Notes under the pieces: model-generated
Told to the model about the DNA's origin: nothing
What the model saw: the letters and a program-made list of their open reading frames with translations, nothing else
The model's database searches: none
Shown here: in pieces, positions 12,096 through 24,730 of the stretch
How the letters are laid out: each line of letters starts with the position of its first letter
Position numbering within the stretch: position 1 is the first letter of the stretch
Position numbers and translations under genes: made by a program
NCBI RefSeq assembly: GCF_004010195.1
Contig: NC_057755.1
Location: 5,445,789-5,493,667, forward strand
Source: Chiloscyllium plagiosum
Lineage: Eukaryota
DNA: 47,879 nucleotides
Direction of reading: 5' to 3'

Positions 12096-12769
12096 CACCC
12101 ACCTTGCATGGGGCTTGTCTGATGACCGTGCAATAAGGGAGTTGCCTGGTGACCTTATCAGCTGCAGTGGTTGTGAGGAGAGCCTGGAAGGGCCCCTTCC
12201 ATCGAGGTTGTAGGCCATGGCGTGTCCTTCATAAGAGAGTATAAACCATTCTCTCCTTTCCCAATTGTTTACAAAAATGCATAAAATCAACAAAAATAGG
12301 CAGCAACAAAGAAAGAACACAAACTTGTCCAGCAGGTTTCACCCACATTTCGATTTGAGTATCGTTAAGTACCCAATCTGAGGTCATAAGTTGCGCTCTT
12401 CATCAGGGGATTTTCCCTGTGATTTCTGTACTTTACACATATCTGGCATGCCTAACCTCATATTGTCTCTTTCTGGGATTTACTGGGGACCCAAAGTGAC
12501 CAGATGTTTGGCAGCAGCATCCACTTGCCCATTACATTGGAAACTGTATCAATTACCTCAGGGTAAGTGGAGCATCTTGATAACGGACAGATTGATTGGA
12601 CAACACAGCATTACAACGCCGCCCCATGAGTGTTAGAAATATTTTATGTCCCCGCAAGGCTCCAAAATATTGGAACACACCAGGAGCACAATGAAGAATC
12701 AATGTATATTAGTAAATTTTAGTTTTGCGCGAACGCAAACATGCCGATTCCCCACGTTAGCTCCAAGAT

Positions 12770-13096
12770 GGGCGGCACTGGTTAGCACTGCTGCCTCACA
12801 GCGCCAGAGACCCGGGTTCAATTCCCGCCTCAGGCGACTGACTGTGTGGAGTTTGCACGTTCTCCCCGTGTCTGCGTGGGTTTCCTCCGGGTGCTCCGGT
12901 TTCCTCCCACAGTCAAAAAGATGTGCAGGATCAGGTGAATTGGCCATACTAAATTGCCCGTAGTGTTAGGTCAGGGGTAAATGTAGGGGTATGGGTGGGT
13001 TGCGCTTCGGCGGGTCGGTGTGGACTTTTTGGGCCGAAGGGCCTGTTTCCACACTGTAATCTAATCTAATCTAAATCTAAATCTAAATCTAAATCT
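12770..13096 (+). mobile_element. HE1/V-SINE (tRNA-derived), near full length, present only in copy C
   Basis: GGGCGGCAC..GTTAGCACTGCTGCCTCACAGCGCCAGAGACCCGGGTTCAATTCCC head, V-domain TGCGTGGGTTTCCTCCGGGTGCTCCGGTTTCCTCCCAC, CR1-like 3' end and (TAATC/TAAATC)n tail. Confidence 0.92.
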
Positions 13097-16000
13097 CAGA
13101 TAGCATAAAATACACATCATTCCCCAGTGGCCACATTTCCACAGTTAAGGCAAGGGTCAGCCACTTGTCCCTGGGGGATTTACTGTCTTGTTCTCCGTCT
13201 CAAAGGTGTCATACTGGGGTATGCCTGTCCCCATTTCCAGGGTCCCCTCAGGAAAAGGTTGCTAAAAGGTGTTCGGTGGGTGGTAGGTTACGCCTCCAGT
13301 GGGTATCCTGGTCCCAATCAGTCCTGTCAGAGCCGGCACGCTGCATTCAGGACCGCGAGGGCACTGGACATAATCGGTTTTACCTTTAACTTGCATTGTG
13401 GTTCAGTCTGTTTATGGGTATCCCAATAGAAAACAACCACTCACCTTATTTGCGACTGGACATTCCTGGACTAGTTCATCCTGTTTGCCTGGATCATGTC
13501 AGTGACACCAGGTGGAAAATATTGCAAAGGCATAGAGTTAAACAAAGGTGATTGAGCATCTTGATTATTATTCAATTGTATACCACATCCATCAGACAGA
13601 TAGCCACATACTTCAGTCTTGTAACACAAGTCATTCGTATTCAGGCTTCTCCCAGAAGTTTGTTGTGTTTATATCTGTATCACTCTTGAGCAAATTCGGC
13701 CTGTTTGTTCTTGCGGTCAGCAGCATGCTCTCTTTCCTGGGATGTGACACAGGCCACTCATCCCCATATCAGCTATGAAGACTGGATGCTTAATTTTCAA
13801 CAAAAGGAGAAGTTTGTAATAAAGGGGAGTGTGCAGATGACAATCAGGAGATGTTAGGGGCTAAGCCGGTATCCAGGGACAAAATCATCATCCTCAAATA
13901 GGTTCGGTACGCCAGACACAGGCTGGGGATTCTGAGTAGAATCGAGGTTCATTATTTTACATCGTTGTTGCTTTAACCCTGTTCGTAAATTCCTCAGTCT
14001 TAATGGCCTTAGACTGTTTCTCATATCCCTTTTTTATCATCTCATGTCCCTTTTATTTTTTCATCTACCTATTCACAACACTTCGCATTTCTTAAGAGTT
14101 CCATCTGCTATACATGCATTGATCTCCCAATCACGTGCAGGTATATTTCCACTCTTTAGTTTGCAATACATTAATGCAGCTATGCTTCAAATTAACGATT
14201 AAGCACTGAGACAGGTCACTGACAATGTGTAAAGGAACAAAACCAAGTTATCCTGACAATTAAGCATGCGTTTGTGATTCAGGGCGAATACAACTGATTA
14301 TATTAAAATAGTAAATAAAATAATCGTTATCTGTAAGTCAGAGCTGAAAATTGAACAAGTGACTAAGACATTTTATAAGTCATCAATATACACTGGAAAT
14401 TAATTTATTCAGTATTCAATATATAAATTGCAAAATATGGAATGTTTCTAAATATGAAATTCATTATAATTACCTGGTTTCAATCCTTTGGGCTCCTTAA
14501 GCAGTCCTGACCAGTCATTGTTCATTTGCAATGCTATAAGCCGTGAAATGACTGCAGCTGCATTAAAAGGTCTTGTCTACTCACGTGGTAAGAAAAAAAT
14601 TCTCATGCACGAACATTGGCCGAATCCAAAGACACAGGTATTAACCATAGGATGTTAATTTTGTTGCATGATTTATCACAACTTAATGTTGAACTTAAAC
14701 ATCAATTGTCATTGAGGAATGGGAATTGATATCAAATAAAGCTACGACTGGCACACCATAATTCCCAATGAAACACATCAGTCTTAAAATTAAGCGGAAA
14801 CAAATGAGACTGAAACAATATTTACATTTTCTAGTATCATCTTCTGAAAAGTATCTTGTTTGTTTGGGACATTTTGGATTTATCTTTATACTTCGAGTTT
14901 TACAAATTTTAACTAAATTAAGTAGGGTTCATGCAACTCCTCCACACAATGAGCAAATGTTAAAGTCTGAAGTGATTTTCCTCCATGTTAGGTTTAGATT
15001 ATAACTGAAATTGAGCAGAGAGCTGTTCTCATCCCATAACAGTATGATTCTGCACCAGAGGCGCAGATTTAGTGTTATTGCTATACTTCCTTCGGTCAAT
15101 TATTTCATTAGTACTACACGTATGGGTGAGAAGTGTGAAAATGATCTTTGACAGTAGCATGAAATTATGGAGAACTTGAGAGCAAGTTTATACTGATGTC
15201 AAATGGTGCAGAATCGAAGGAGAAGACATTTTTTTAAAAATATATAATGTCGTCTTCCTCTGTATTAAACTGATCTGAAATTAAATAAGATCGGCTTTCA
15301 TGTTAGCACAATAGTGGTTAGTTAGAAACTGACAGTAGGGCAGTCATGGTCGGTAAGAGGAAGAGGGGTTCATATTTCCTTCCATAATCACTGATGAATC
15401 CTTAACTTTCAAGGAAATCATGTTAAATTCCCGAAATGCAAATCAAATTTGAAATAGTCCCGGATCTCGAGCTCCAGGGATCAAAATACAAACATTCAAC
15501 AACAAGTAAATGTGCATCCAAATCACAAAGGTTTAAATTTTCTACAAGCCGCAGGGAATCAGCTCTGAGTTTCTCTCCCTCTTTCTCTGTCTCTCACTGT
15601 CTCTCACTCTCTCTCTTTCTCTCGCTCTCTCTTTCTCTCTAGTATTGGAATGCCTGGCTATGCCACATAGCTGCTCAACCAAGTATGCGTGAATTGTATC
15701 ACCGGCCAGCTTTCGTTTCTTTGAACAAAAGCAGCAACCACCCTCTATAATTCATGAACAAACAACAAACTCCAAAACAAACAGAACAAAACCACAGCAG
15801 GCAAACAATACAAAGCAGCAAAGCAGGAAAAGGTAAGCCGAACAGATAAAACAGAGAAGATAATCTCGACCGAAAGCTTTCAGTAATCAACAAAACGTCA
15901 ATGAACAACAACACTAATGATTTCTGACAAAACATTTTCCACATTCTAAAAGCCAGACAGTTTTGTCACAATATATCGCAAAAATGCTTTGTTTCGTTTT

Positions 16001-16544
16001 TCACAGAACAATTTGGGAATCCATTTTGACGACACCAATCAGACCAAGTCTGTGTCTTGACTCTATCTTCAGGTCCCCGACCTGTAAGTGGGAGTCCCTG
16101 ACACCCTGGGGTCCCCCGAGTGCTCTCTTTTAAGAGTCCCCGACTCTATTCACAGGTCCCCAACCTGTTAGTACGAGTCCCAAACACCCTGGGGTTCACT
16201 ATCCCAGGGTGAACGTACCAATGTACTCCAGACCCACACAACGTGGTTGACACTGACCTGCCCTCTCGGCAATTACGGATGAGCGAAAATGTTGGTCCAA
16301 GCAGCGACGCCCTCATTCCCTGAATGAATAAAAACAAAGCCCCATCTTGAAACTGTAACAGAGGAATTGAAGGAGGCAATTTCACCCATTTTTGAAATGG
16401 TTCAGGTGACCAGCAGAAGGCCATTCATCCCCTCTCATGTGAGGAGATGAACAGCCCACACTGTTCGACTTGAAAAAGCCAAGGCACGCGGAAAAGGAAG
16501 GTGTGAGGAGAGGGAAATTGTGTGACGTTCAATTGCTAATGTTC

Positions 16545-19500
16545 ATTGACTGATCGTGGAACAGACAATCCCCCCATCTCTCAAGGGGACCCAGATCTTC
16601 AAGCTGGTGCTGTGACTCGGACTCGGCATGGACGGATTGTGGGCAGCAGTGGAAGAGCCTTGAGACCTCTACTGTTGACTTCAGATAAATCGGCCAGCCA
16701 GACTTTAGTATTTTTTCCGTTTGGTTTTCCTGTCATTCAAGTCGTGGTTGATTCGACCCCTCGCTGCTCAGCATCTCATTGCAGGCCAAGAAGGATTGGT
16801 CCTAGTAAGAATACACTTTGAAAGAAAGGTGTGTGGAACCCCAGGGAGTTGGGGACTCTAACTAACAGGTTGGGACCTGTGAATAGATTCGGGGAGACTG
16901 AAAAGACTGGGATAGTGAACCCCAGGGTGTTTGGGACTCGTACTAACAGGTTGGGGACCTGGTATTAGAGTCGGGGACTCTTAAAAGAGAGCGCTCAGGA
17001 GACCCCAGGCTGTCAGGGACTCCCACTTATAGGTCGGGGACCTGAAGATAGAGTCAAGACACAGACTTGGTCAGATTTGTGTCGTCAAAATGGATTCCCA
17101 AATTGTTCTGTGAAAAACGAAACAAAGAATTTTTGCGATATTTTGTGACAAAACTGTCTGGCTTTTAGAATGTCGAAAATGTTTTTCAGAAATCATTAGT
17201 CTTGTTGTTCATTGCCGTTTTGTTGATTACTGAAAGTTTTAGGTCGAGATTATCTTCTGTGTTTTATCTGTTCAGCTTACCTTGTCCTGCTTTGTATTGT
17301 TTGCCTGCTGTGGTTTTGTTCTGTTTGTTTTGGAGTTTGTTGTTTGTTCAGGAAATATAAAGGGTGGTTGCTGCTTTTGTTCAAAGAAACGAAAGCTGGC
17401 CGGTGATACAATTCTCGCATACTTGGTTGAGCAGCTACGTGGCATAGCCAGGAATTCCAATAGTAGAGAGAAAGAGAGAGATTGATAGACAGAGAAAGAG
17501 GGAGAGAAACTCAGAGCTGATTCCCTGCGGCTTGTAGAAAATTTAAACCTTTGTGATTTGGATGCACATTTACTTGTTGTTGAATGTTTGTATTTTGATC
17601 CCTGGAGCTCGAGATCCGGGACTATTTCAAATTTGATTTGCATTTCGGGAATTTAACATGATTTCCTTTAAAGTTAAGGATTCATCAGTGATTATGGAAG
17701 GAAATATGAACCCCTCTTCCTCTTACCGACCATGACTGCCCTACTGTCAGTTTCTAACTAACCACAATTGTGCTTCGATGAAAGCCGATCTTATTTAATT
17801 TCAGATCAGTTTAATACAGAGGAAGACGACATTATATATTTTTTAAAAAATGTCTTCTCCTTCGATTCTGCACCATTTGACATCAGTATACACTTGCTCT
17901 CAAGTTCTCCATAATTTCATGCTACTGTCAAAGATCATTTTCACCCTTCTCACCCCTACGTGTAGTACTAATGAAAGAATTGACCGAAGGAAGTATAGCA
18001 ATAACACTAAATCTGCGCCTCTGGTGCAGAATCAAACTGTTCCGGTATGAGAGCAGCTCTCTGCTCAATTTCAGTTATAATCTAAACCTAACATGGAGGA
18101 AAATCACTTCAGACTTTAATATTTGCTCATTGTGTGGAGGAGTTGCATGAACCCTACTTAATTTAGTTAAAATTTGTAAAACTGGAAGTATAAAGATAAA
18201 TCCAAAATGTTCCAGACAAACAAGATACTTTTGAGAAGATGATACTAGAAAATTTAAATATTGTTTCAGTCTCATTTGTTTCCGCTTAATTTTAAGACTG
18301 ATGTGTTTCATTGGGAATTATGGAGTGCCAGTCGTAGCTTTATTTGATATCAATTCCCCTTCCTCAATGACAATTGAAGTTTAAGTTCAACATTAAGTTG
18401 TGATAAATCATGTAACAAAATTAACATCCTATGGTTAATACCTGTGTCTTTGGATTCGGCCAATATTCGTGCATGAGAAATTTTTTTCTTACCACGTGAG
18501 TAGACAAGACCTTTTAACGCAGCTGCAGTCATTTCACGGCTTATAGCATTGCAAATGAACAATGACTGGTCAGGTCTGCTGAAGGAGCCTAAAGGATTGA
18601 AACCAGGTAATTATAATGAATTTAATATTTAGAAACATTACAGATTTTGCAATTTATATATTGAATACTGAATAAATTAATTTCCAGTGTATATTGATGA
18701 CTTATAAAATGTCTTAGTCACTTGTTCAATTTTCAGCTCTGACTTACAGATAACGATTATTTTATTTACTATTTTAATATAATCAATAGTATTCGCCCTG
18801 AATCACAAACGCATGCTGAATTGTCAGGATCACTTGGTTTTGTTCCTTTACACATTGTCAGTGATCTGTTTCAGTGCTTAATCGTTAATTTGAAGCATAG
18901 CTACATTAATGTATTGCAAACTAAAGAGTGGAAACATACCTTACTGGCCAGTTGAAGGAATTTTGCACGTGATTGGGAGATAGATGCATGTACAGCAGAT
19001 GGAACTCTTAAGAAATGCGAAGTGTTGTGAATAGGTAGATGAAAAAATAAAAGGGACATGAGATGATAAAAAAGGGACATGAGAAACAGTGTAAGGCCAC
19101 TAAGACTGAGGAATTTACGAACAGGGATAAAGCGACAACGATGGAAAATAATGAACGTAGATTCTACTCAGAATCCCCAGCCTATGTCTGGCATACTGAC
19201 CCTATTTGAGGATGGTGATTTTGTCCCTAGATACCCACTCAGCCACTAACATCTCCTGATTTTCATCTGCACACTCCCCTTTATTACAAACTTCTCCTTA
19301 AGTTGAAAATTAAGCATCCAGTCTTCATAGCTGATATGGGGATGAGTGGCCTGTGTCACATCCCAGGAAAGAGAGCATGCCGCTGACTGCAAGAACAAAC
19401 AGGCCGAATTTGCTCAAGAGTGATACAGATATAAACACAGCAAACTTCTGGGAGAAGCCTGAATACGAATGGCTTGTGTTACAAGACTGAAGTATGTGGC

Positions 19501-21337
19501 TATCTGTCTGATGGATGTGGTATACAATTGAATAATAATCAAGATGCTCAATCACCTTTGTTTAACCCTATGCCTTTGCAATATTTACCACCTGGTGTCA
19601 CAGACATGATCCAGGCAAACAGTATGAACAAGTCCAGGAATGTCCAGTCGCAAATAAGGTGAGTGGATGTTTTCTATTGGGATACCCATAAACAGACTGA
19701 ACCACAATGCAAGTTAAAGGTAAAACCGATTATGTGCAGTGCCCTCGAGGACCCGAATGCAGTGTTCCGGCTCTGACAGGACTGATTGGGACTAGGATAC
19801 CCACTGGGGCGTAACCTACCACCCACCGACCACCTTTTAGCAACCTTTTCCTGAGGGGACCCTGGAAATGGGGACAGGCGTCATCTTTGAGACTGAGAAC
19901 AAGTCAGTAAATCCCCCAGGGACAAGTGGCTGGCCCTTGCCTTAACTGTGGAAATGTGGCCACTGGTGAATGACGTGAATTTTATGCTATCTTGTAGCTA
20001 ACGTGTGGAATTGGCATGCTTGCGTTCGAGCAAAACGAAAATCTACTAATATACATTGATTCTTCATTGTGCTCTTTGTGTGTTCCAATATTTTGGAGCC
20101 TTGGGGGGACATAAATTATTTCTAACACTCATGGGGCGGCGTTATAATGCTGTTTTGTCCAATCAATCTGTGCGTTATCAAGATGTTCCACTCACACTAA
20201 GGTAATTGATACAGTTTCCAACGAAATGGGCAAGTGGATGCTGCTGCCAAGCAGCCAGCCTTACCCTCCAAACCTCTGGTCACTTTGGGTCCCCAGTAAA
20301 ACGCAGAAAGTGACAATATGTGGTTAGGTATGCCAGCTATGTATAAAGTACAGAAATCACAGGGAAAATCCCCTGATGAAGAGCGCAACTTATGACCTCA
20401 GAATGTGAACTTAACGATACTCAAATCGAAATGTGGGTGAAACCTGCTGGACAAGTTTGTGTTCTTTCTTTGTTGCTGCCTATTTTAGTTGATTTTATTC
20501 ATTTTTGTACACAATTGGGAAAGGAGAGAATGGTTTATACTCTCTTACAAGGACACTCCATGGCCTACAACCTCGATGGAAGGGGCCCTTCAGGCTCTCC
20601 TCACAACCACTGCAGCTGATAAGGTCGCCAGGCAATTCCCTCATTGCACGGTCATCAGACAAGCCCCATGCAAGGTGGGTGATGATGAAGATCGAACTTT
20701 CTCTGCTATATGGACTCGTCGGAGCCGGCATTGGTGCTCAAGAAGGGACGGTTTATCCGTGCGAACTTGAGCAACCAGAGACTGTGTCTTTTTGTGCCGA
20801 GAGACTGATTCTTTCGATGCATGGAACGTGACCAAGAATGATTGTCACAATGATCAACTGCATCAAGAAGATTGGACAGTTCTTTCACAGGACAAATCTC
20901 AATGGTATTTACCCTGTCAAGATGTTGCGTGTCAGTTTGATTTCAGTTGTGATACGAGCGGCCGACTAAGCCTGGCTCCGATTCAAGGAGGTTTAAATTG
21001 GCACGTTGCAAAAGAGAAAAGGGAGAATATTATCTCTCATGAAAAAGTTGTTTCCTCAAAGACAAAATAAATTATTTGGCGGGGATGAAGTGGTCTATTT
21101 GATCACTTTCCCCTCCTCTCCACCCCCATCCCAACAAAGGGGTATGGACTGCTTCCGTGTCGTTTACTGGGCATAACATTCTTAATGAGAAGAAGGGCTT
21201 ATGCCCGAAACGTCGATTCTCCTGCTCCTTGGATGCTGCCTGACCTGCTGCGCTTTTCCAGCAACACATTTTTCTGCTCTGACATCCAGCATCTGTAGTC
21301 CTCACTTTCACCTACATAATATTTTTGACTATGACTT
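16545..21337 (+). mobile_element. ERV copy D (U5 remnant and PBS to env SU, ends at gap)
   Basis: Colinear with copy B from the U5 end and PBS (16605-16622) to env. Confidence 0.92.
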
Positions 21338-21460
21338 NNNNNNNNNNNNNNNNNNNNNNNNNNNNNNNNNNNNNNNNNNNNNNNNNNNNNNNNNNNNNNN
21401 NNNNNNNNNNNNNNNNNNNNNNNNNNNNNNNNNNNNNNNNNNNNNNNNNNNNNNNNNNNN

Positions 21461-23411
21461 TGATGATCGAACTTTCTCTGCTATATGGACTCGTCGTAGC
21501 CGGCATTGGTGCTCAAGAAGGGACGGTTTATCCGTGCGAACTTGAGCAACCAGAGACTGTGTCTTTTTGTGCCGAGAGACTGATTCTTTCGATGCATGGA
21601 ACGTGACCAAGAATGATTGTCATAATGATCAACTGCATCAAGAAGATTGGACAGTTCGTTCACAGGACAAAACTCAATGGTATTTACCCTGTCAAGGTGT
21701 TGCGTGCCAGTTTGATTTCAGTTGTGATACGAGCGGCTGAGTAAGCCTGGCTCCTATTCAAAGATGTTTAAATTGGCACGTTGCAAAAGAGAAAAGGGAG
21801 AATATTATCTCTCATGAAAAAGTTGTTTCCTCAAAGACAAAATAAATTATTTGGCGGGGATGAAGTGGTCTATTTGATCACTTTCCCCTCCTCTCCACCC
21901 CCATCCCAACAAAGGGGTATGGACTGCTTCCATGTCGTTTACTGGGCACAACATTCTTAATGAGAAGAAGGGCTTATGCCCGAAACGTCGATTCTCCTGC
22001 TCCTTGGATGCTGCCTGACCTGCTGCGCTTTTCCAGCAACACATTTTTCTGCTCTGACATCCAGCATCTGCAGTCCTCACTTTCACCTATATAATATTTT
22101 TGACTATGACTTCACCTGCTTGTTGCTTTTGGACTTGCTCCGTAGAAGCCTATCATAATTGTAAAGACAGAACTGTATGGGGGTACACTTATGTGAATGT
22201 GTCTAAGGCTATTCCATGCAGCTTGATTAAATGTATCAATGGCGATTGGTATCGCATCTCATGCATATGCCTATGGGAGGAGTGTGCCTTTGTAACCCTG
22301 TTATTACTGGTGTTCAGGCCCTTTGTGCTATGGTTAACAGCACCACCAAACTTCACTATGAGAAAGCTAATGGCACCTCCGTCTTCCCCATTGTTGGATA
22401 GACGGAACCAATCTGGGACAATAACCACATCTCTTACCGTAGGACGCACCACATTTATTTTGACCAGCTTTCATCTTCAGCGTTCAGTACAACCACACTT
22501 TGGAGTCGTGGTCTGCACATGTATTCGGGGAAGTCACAAAGCCAGGCCTGTTTCTTATTGCAAGTTCCCTCCAGTATCTATACTAAACCTGGTTACTATT
22601 TTTTCAGCCAAGGCAAAGAGACCAACTTACTTGTTCTTGGTGAAATACCTTTTCCCCGAAATAAAATACTGTCGGGGTACGTTTCCCGACTACGGTTCCC
22701 TGTCAACTACTTGGGAATGAGGTTGGAGTTTCCCTGCCAAACGTTCAGTTTTATCTGAGTTCAGTGTGCATTGGAGAGGTGCTCAGGCTTTGTACAACAC
22801 TGAAGCTCAATCTGTGGACTATGCATTTCTTCGTACTTTTTCCTTCGGAGGATCTTCTGGAATGATGAGCTATCTAAAACGAAATTATCTTATTTGCGGT
22901 GTCAGTCTCTTGAGCAATGAGACAGCCTTGGCTTTAGCAGGGGTTTAAGACATGCTCTCAGAATTATGCCTAGATTCCCAACAAAACCGGCACGCCCTCG
23001 ACTACCTCCTCGCCAAAGAACGTTGTTTTTCGCCATAGAAAAGGGCAAGTGTATGTTGGGGTTACTGACCTCATCAAGAATATTACCAACCATCCCGATA
23101 ACAGTCACACCTTCCTCTCTCAAATGAGGGAAGTCACAGAACGGAGAGATTTGGGTTTTAGCTCATGGTACAACTGGTTGATAAGTCTTGCCATGCATAT
23201 TGCTCTTATTTAAATTTGCCTCTTTGATGGCGTTGCTATTATTAAATGTATTATTGCTAAGCTAATAACTTCTGTTGACAACATCGATTCATCTCAGAAA
23301 ATGCTTCTTCTCCATCCAAATGAAGATGAGGACGTGCGATTGCCTACCCCTGGTTCGGCGGAGGTGAAGAAGGAAGTATGTCATTCTCTAGCGTCCAATT
23401 GGTTGAACTGA
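21461..23411 (+). pseudogene. env: env remnant (copy D' after the gap), nearly complete through the cytoplasmic tail
   Basis: SU, TM with QQNRHALDYLLAKE, transmembrane segment and tail ..KKEVCHSLASNWLN* (TGA 23409-23411); frameshifts and stops present. Confidence 0.88.
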
Positions 23412-23430
23412 TCTAATCTGTTTAGATCAG

Positions 23431-23515
23431 AGTGGTGCTGCAAAAGCACAGCAGATCAAGCATCATCCGAGGAGCAGGAAAATCGACTTTTCGGGCAAAA
23501 GCCCTTCAGTAGGAA
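23431..23515 (-). mobile_element. Short Penelope-derived element fragment at the env/LTR boundary
   Basis: GTGGTGCTGCAAAAGCACAGCAG..GAGGAGCAGGAAAATCGACTTTTCGGGCAAAAGCCCTTCA is the reverse complement of the family head. Confidence 0.7.
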
Positions 23516-24316
23516 ACTCATGGCATCATCAGGCCATCTAATCTATGCCCACCCATAATATGGTGTGGTCATGGAACGACCAAAGAGCGGAGATGAGGAT
23601 CTGAAAACTGAAAACAGGCCGAGGTAACTAGTTGTTGTCAGGAAGAGCCACTTAAGACATATTCTTACTAACTTAGGTGGAAATAAAATGGTTTCTTCAT
23701 ACGAACAACAGAACAAAATGGCTTCTCGTTTGCAAATTGCCAATTCTGCTTTAAGCTGCTTAAAATGCCTTTTAACCCTGATAAAGCTGCATAACTGACT
23801 TGATCACAGTCTGTCTCAAGAAAGAATAGCAGACAATGCTTCCTTTACAGCACAGAATTAACTAGACTTGATAAGACACGACTGGCCATCATAACTAACA
23901 TTCAAGTGCATGTGAAAAAACGCGGTTCGTGACATAAGAATGGCTTAAGTTTTGGAAAGCAAAGTTGGTTTCCAGGAAATATTGGGTTAAGTTGCTGTAA
24001 AAAAATCGTTAAATTGATTGGTAATTGTTTGAATGAACTGTATGATTGTGGCATTCAAATCTCTTTAAGAGAAGTATAAAAATGTCTTTCTTTTAAGCCC
24101 TCTTTAAGAGAAGTATAAAAATGTCTTTCTTTTAAGCCATGGGCGCAGTTCCTCTGAGGAACATTGAAATGTTTAACCTCTGTGTTTCTGAATGTTCTGA
24201 GCCTGGCTGTGAACAATAAAATGTAAAGTCTTCAAGAACCAGACGAATTTCTTGTGTATATTGACCGATCACGGAACAGAGAGGCACCCCCCTCCCCCAC
24301 ACGGATCAGATCTTCA
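23516..24316 (+). mobile_element. ERV 3' LTR (5' boundary approximate)
   Basis: ATTGG (reverse CCAAT) near 24018, TATAAAAA twice, AATAAA 24215-24220, and terminus CAGATCTTCA identical to the sequence preceding the PBS. Confidence 0.8.
24061..24138 (+). repeat. Perfect 39-bp tandem duplication containing the LTR TATA box
   Basis: CTCTTTAAGAGAAGTATAAAAATGTCTTTCTTTTAAGCC at 24061-24099 and 24100-24138. Confidence 0.95.
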
Positions 24317-24519
24317 CACTCTGTCCTTTGCCCTGTCTTCAACGCTTTCCTGCTATCCTGCATTCAACACTCTCCTTATCACTCTCTATTTATCATTTTT
24401 CTATTACTCTGTGCTAACTCCCTGCTATTTTTCCCTGAACTGAACACTCATTTTACTGCCTGACCTCAGCACCCGACCTATGACTCTATTGCATACTCCA
24501 AAGTTCCACAAATGTGGGA

Positions 24520-24730
24520 TCCCATTATAAAGTCACACTGCAATTGCACTCGCATAGTACATGATACTGACTCAGCTCGCACAAAGCTGGTTCCTGGAGT
24601 CCACAGAAACCCCGACACTCCTGTTCATACCGGTCAGCCAGGACTCCCTGATTGTACCAGGTTGTCAGCACAAATCAGAGAACTCATCTTCAATGAGATC
24701 CATCTGGCTGACCACAATACAATTCCAACA
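24520..24730 (-). mobile_element. Probable LTR-retrotransposon solo LTR fragment
   Basis: CAGCCAGGACTCCCTGATT..AATCAGAGAACTCAT..CATCTGGCTGACC..CAACA resembles a common elasmobranch LTR as recalled; TG start on the minus strand. Confidence 0.4.

Larger units (their letters stand above)
10296..16206 (-). mobile_element. ERV copy C (inverted; env TM to leader repeats)
   Basis: Reverse complement of copies B and D throughout; ORFs 13127+, 13548+ and 15436+ mirror 7708-, 7287- and 5388-. Confidence 0.92.

Noticed and set aside
12770..12850. tRNA gene
   Set aside because: tRNA-derived SINE head continuing into V-domain and LINE tail.
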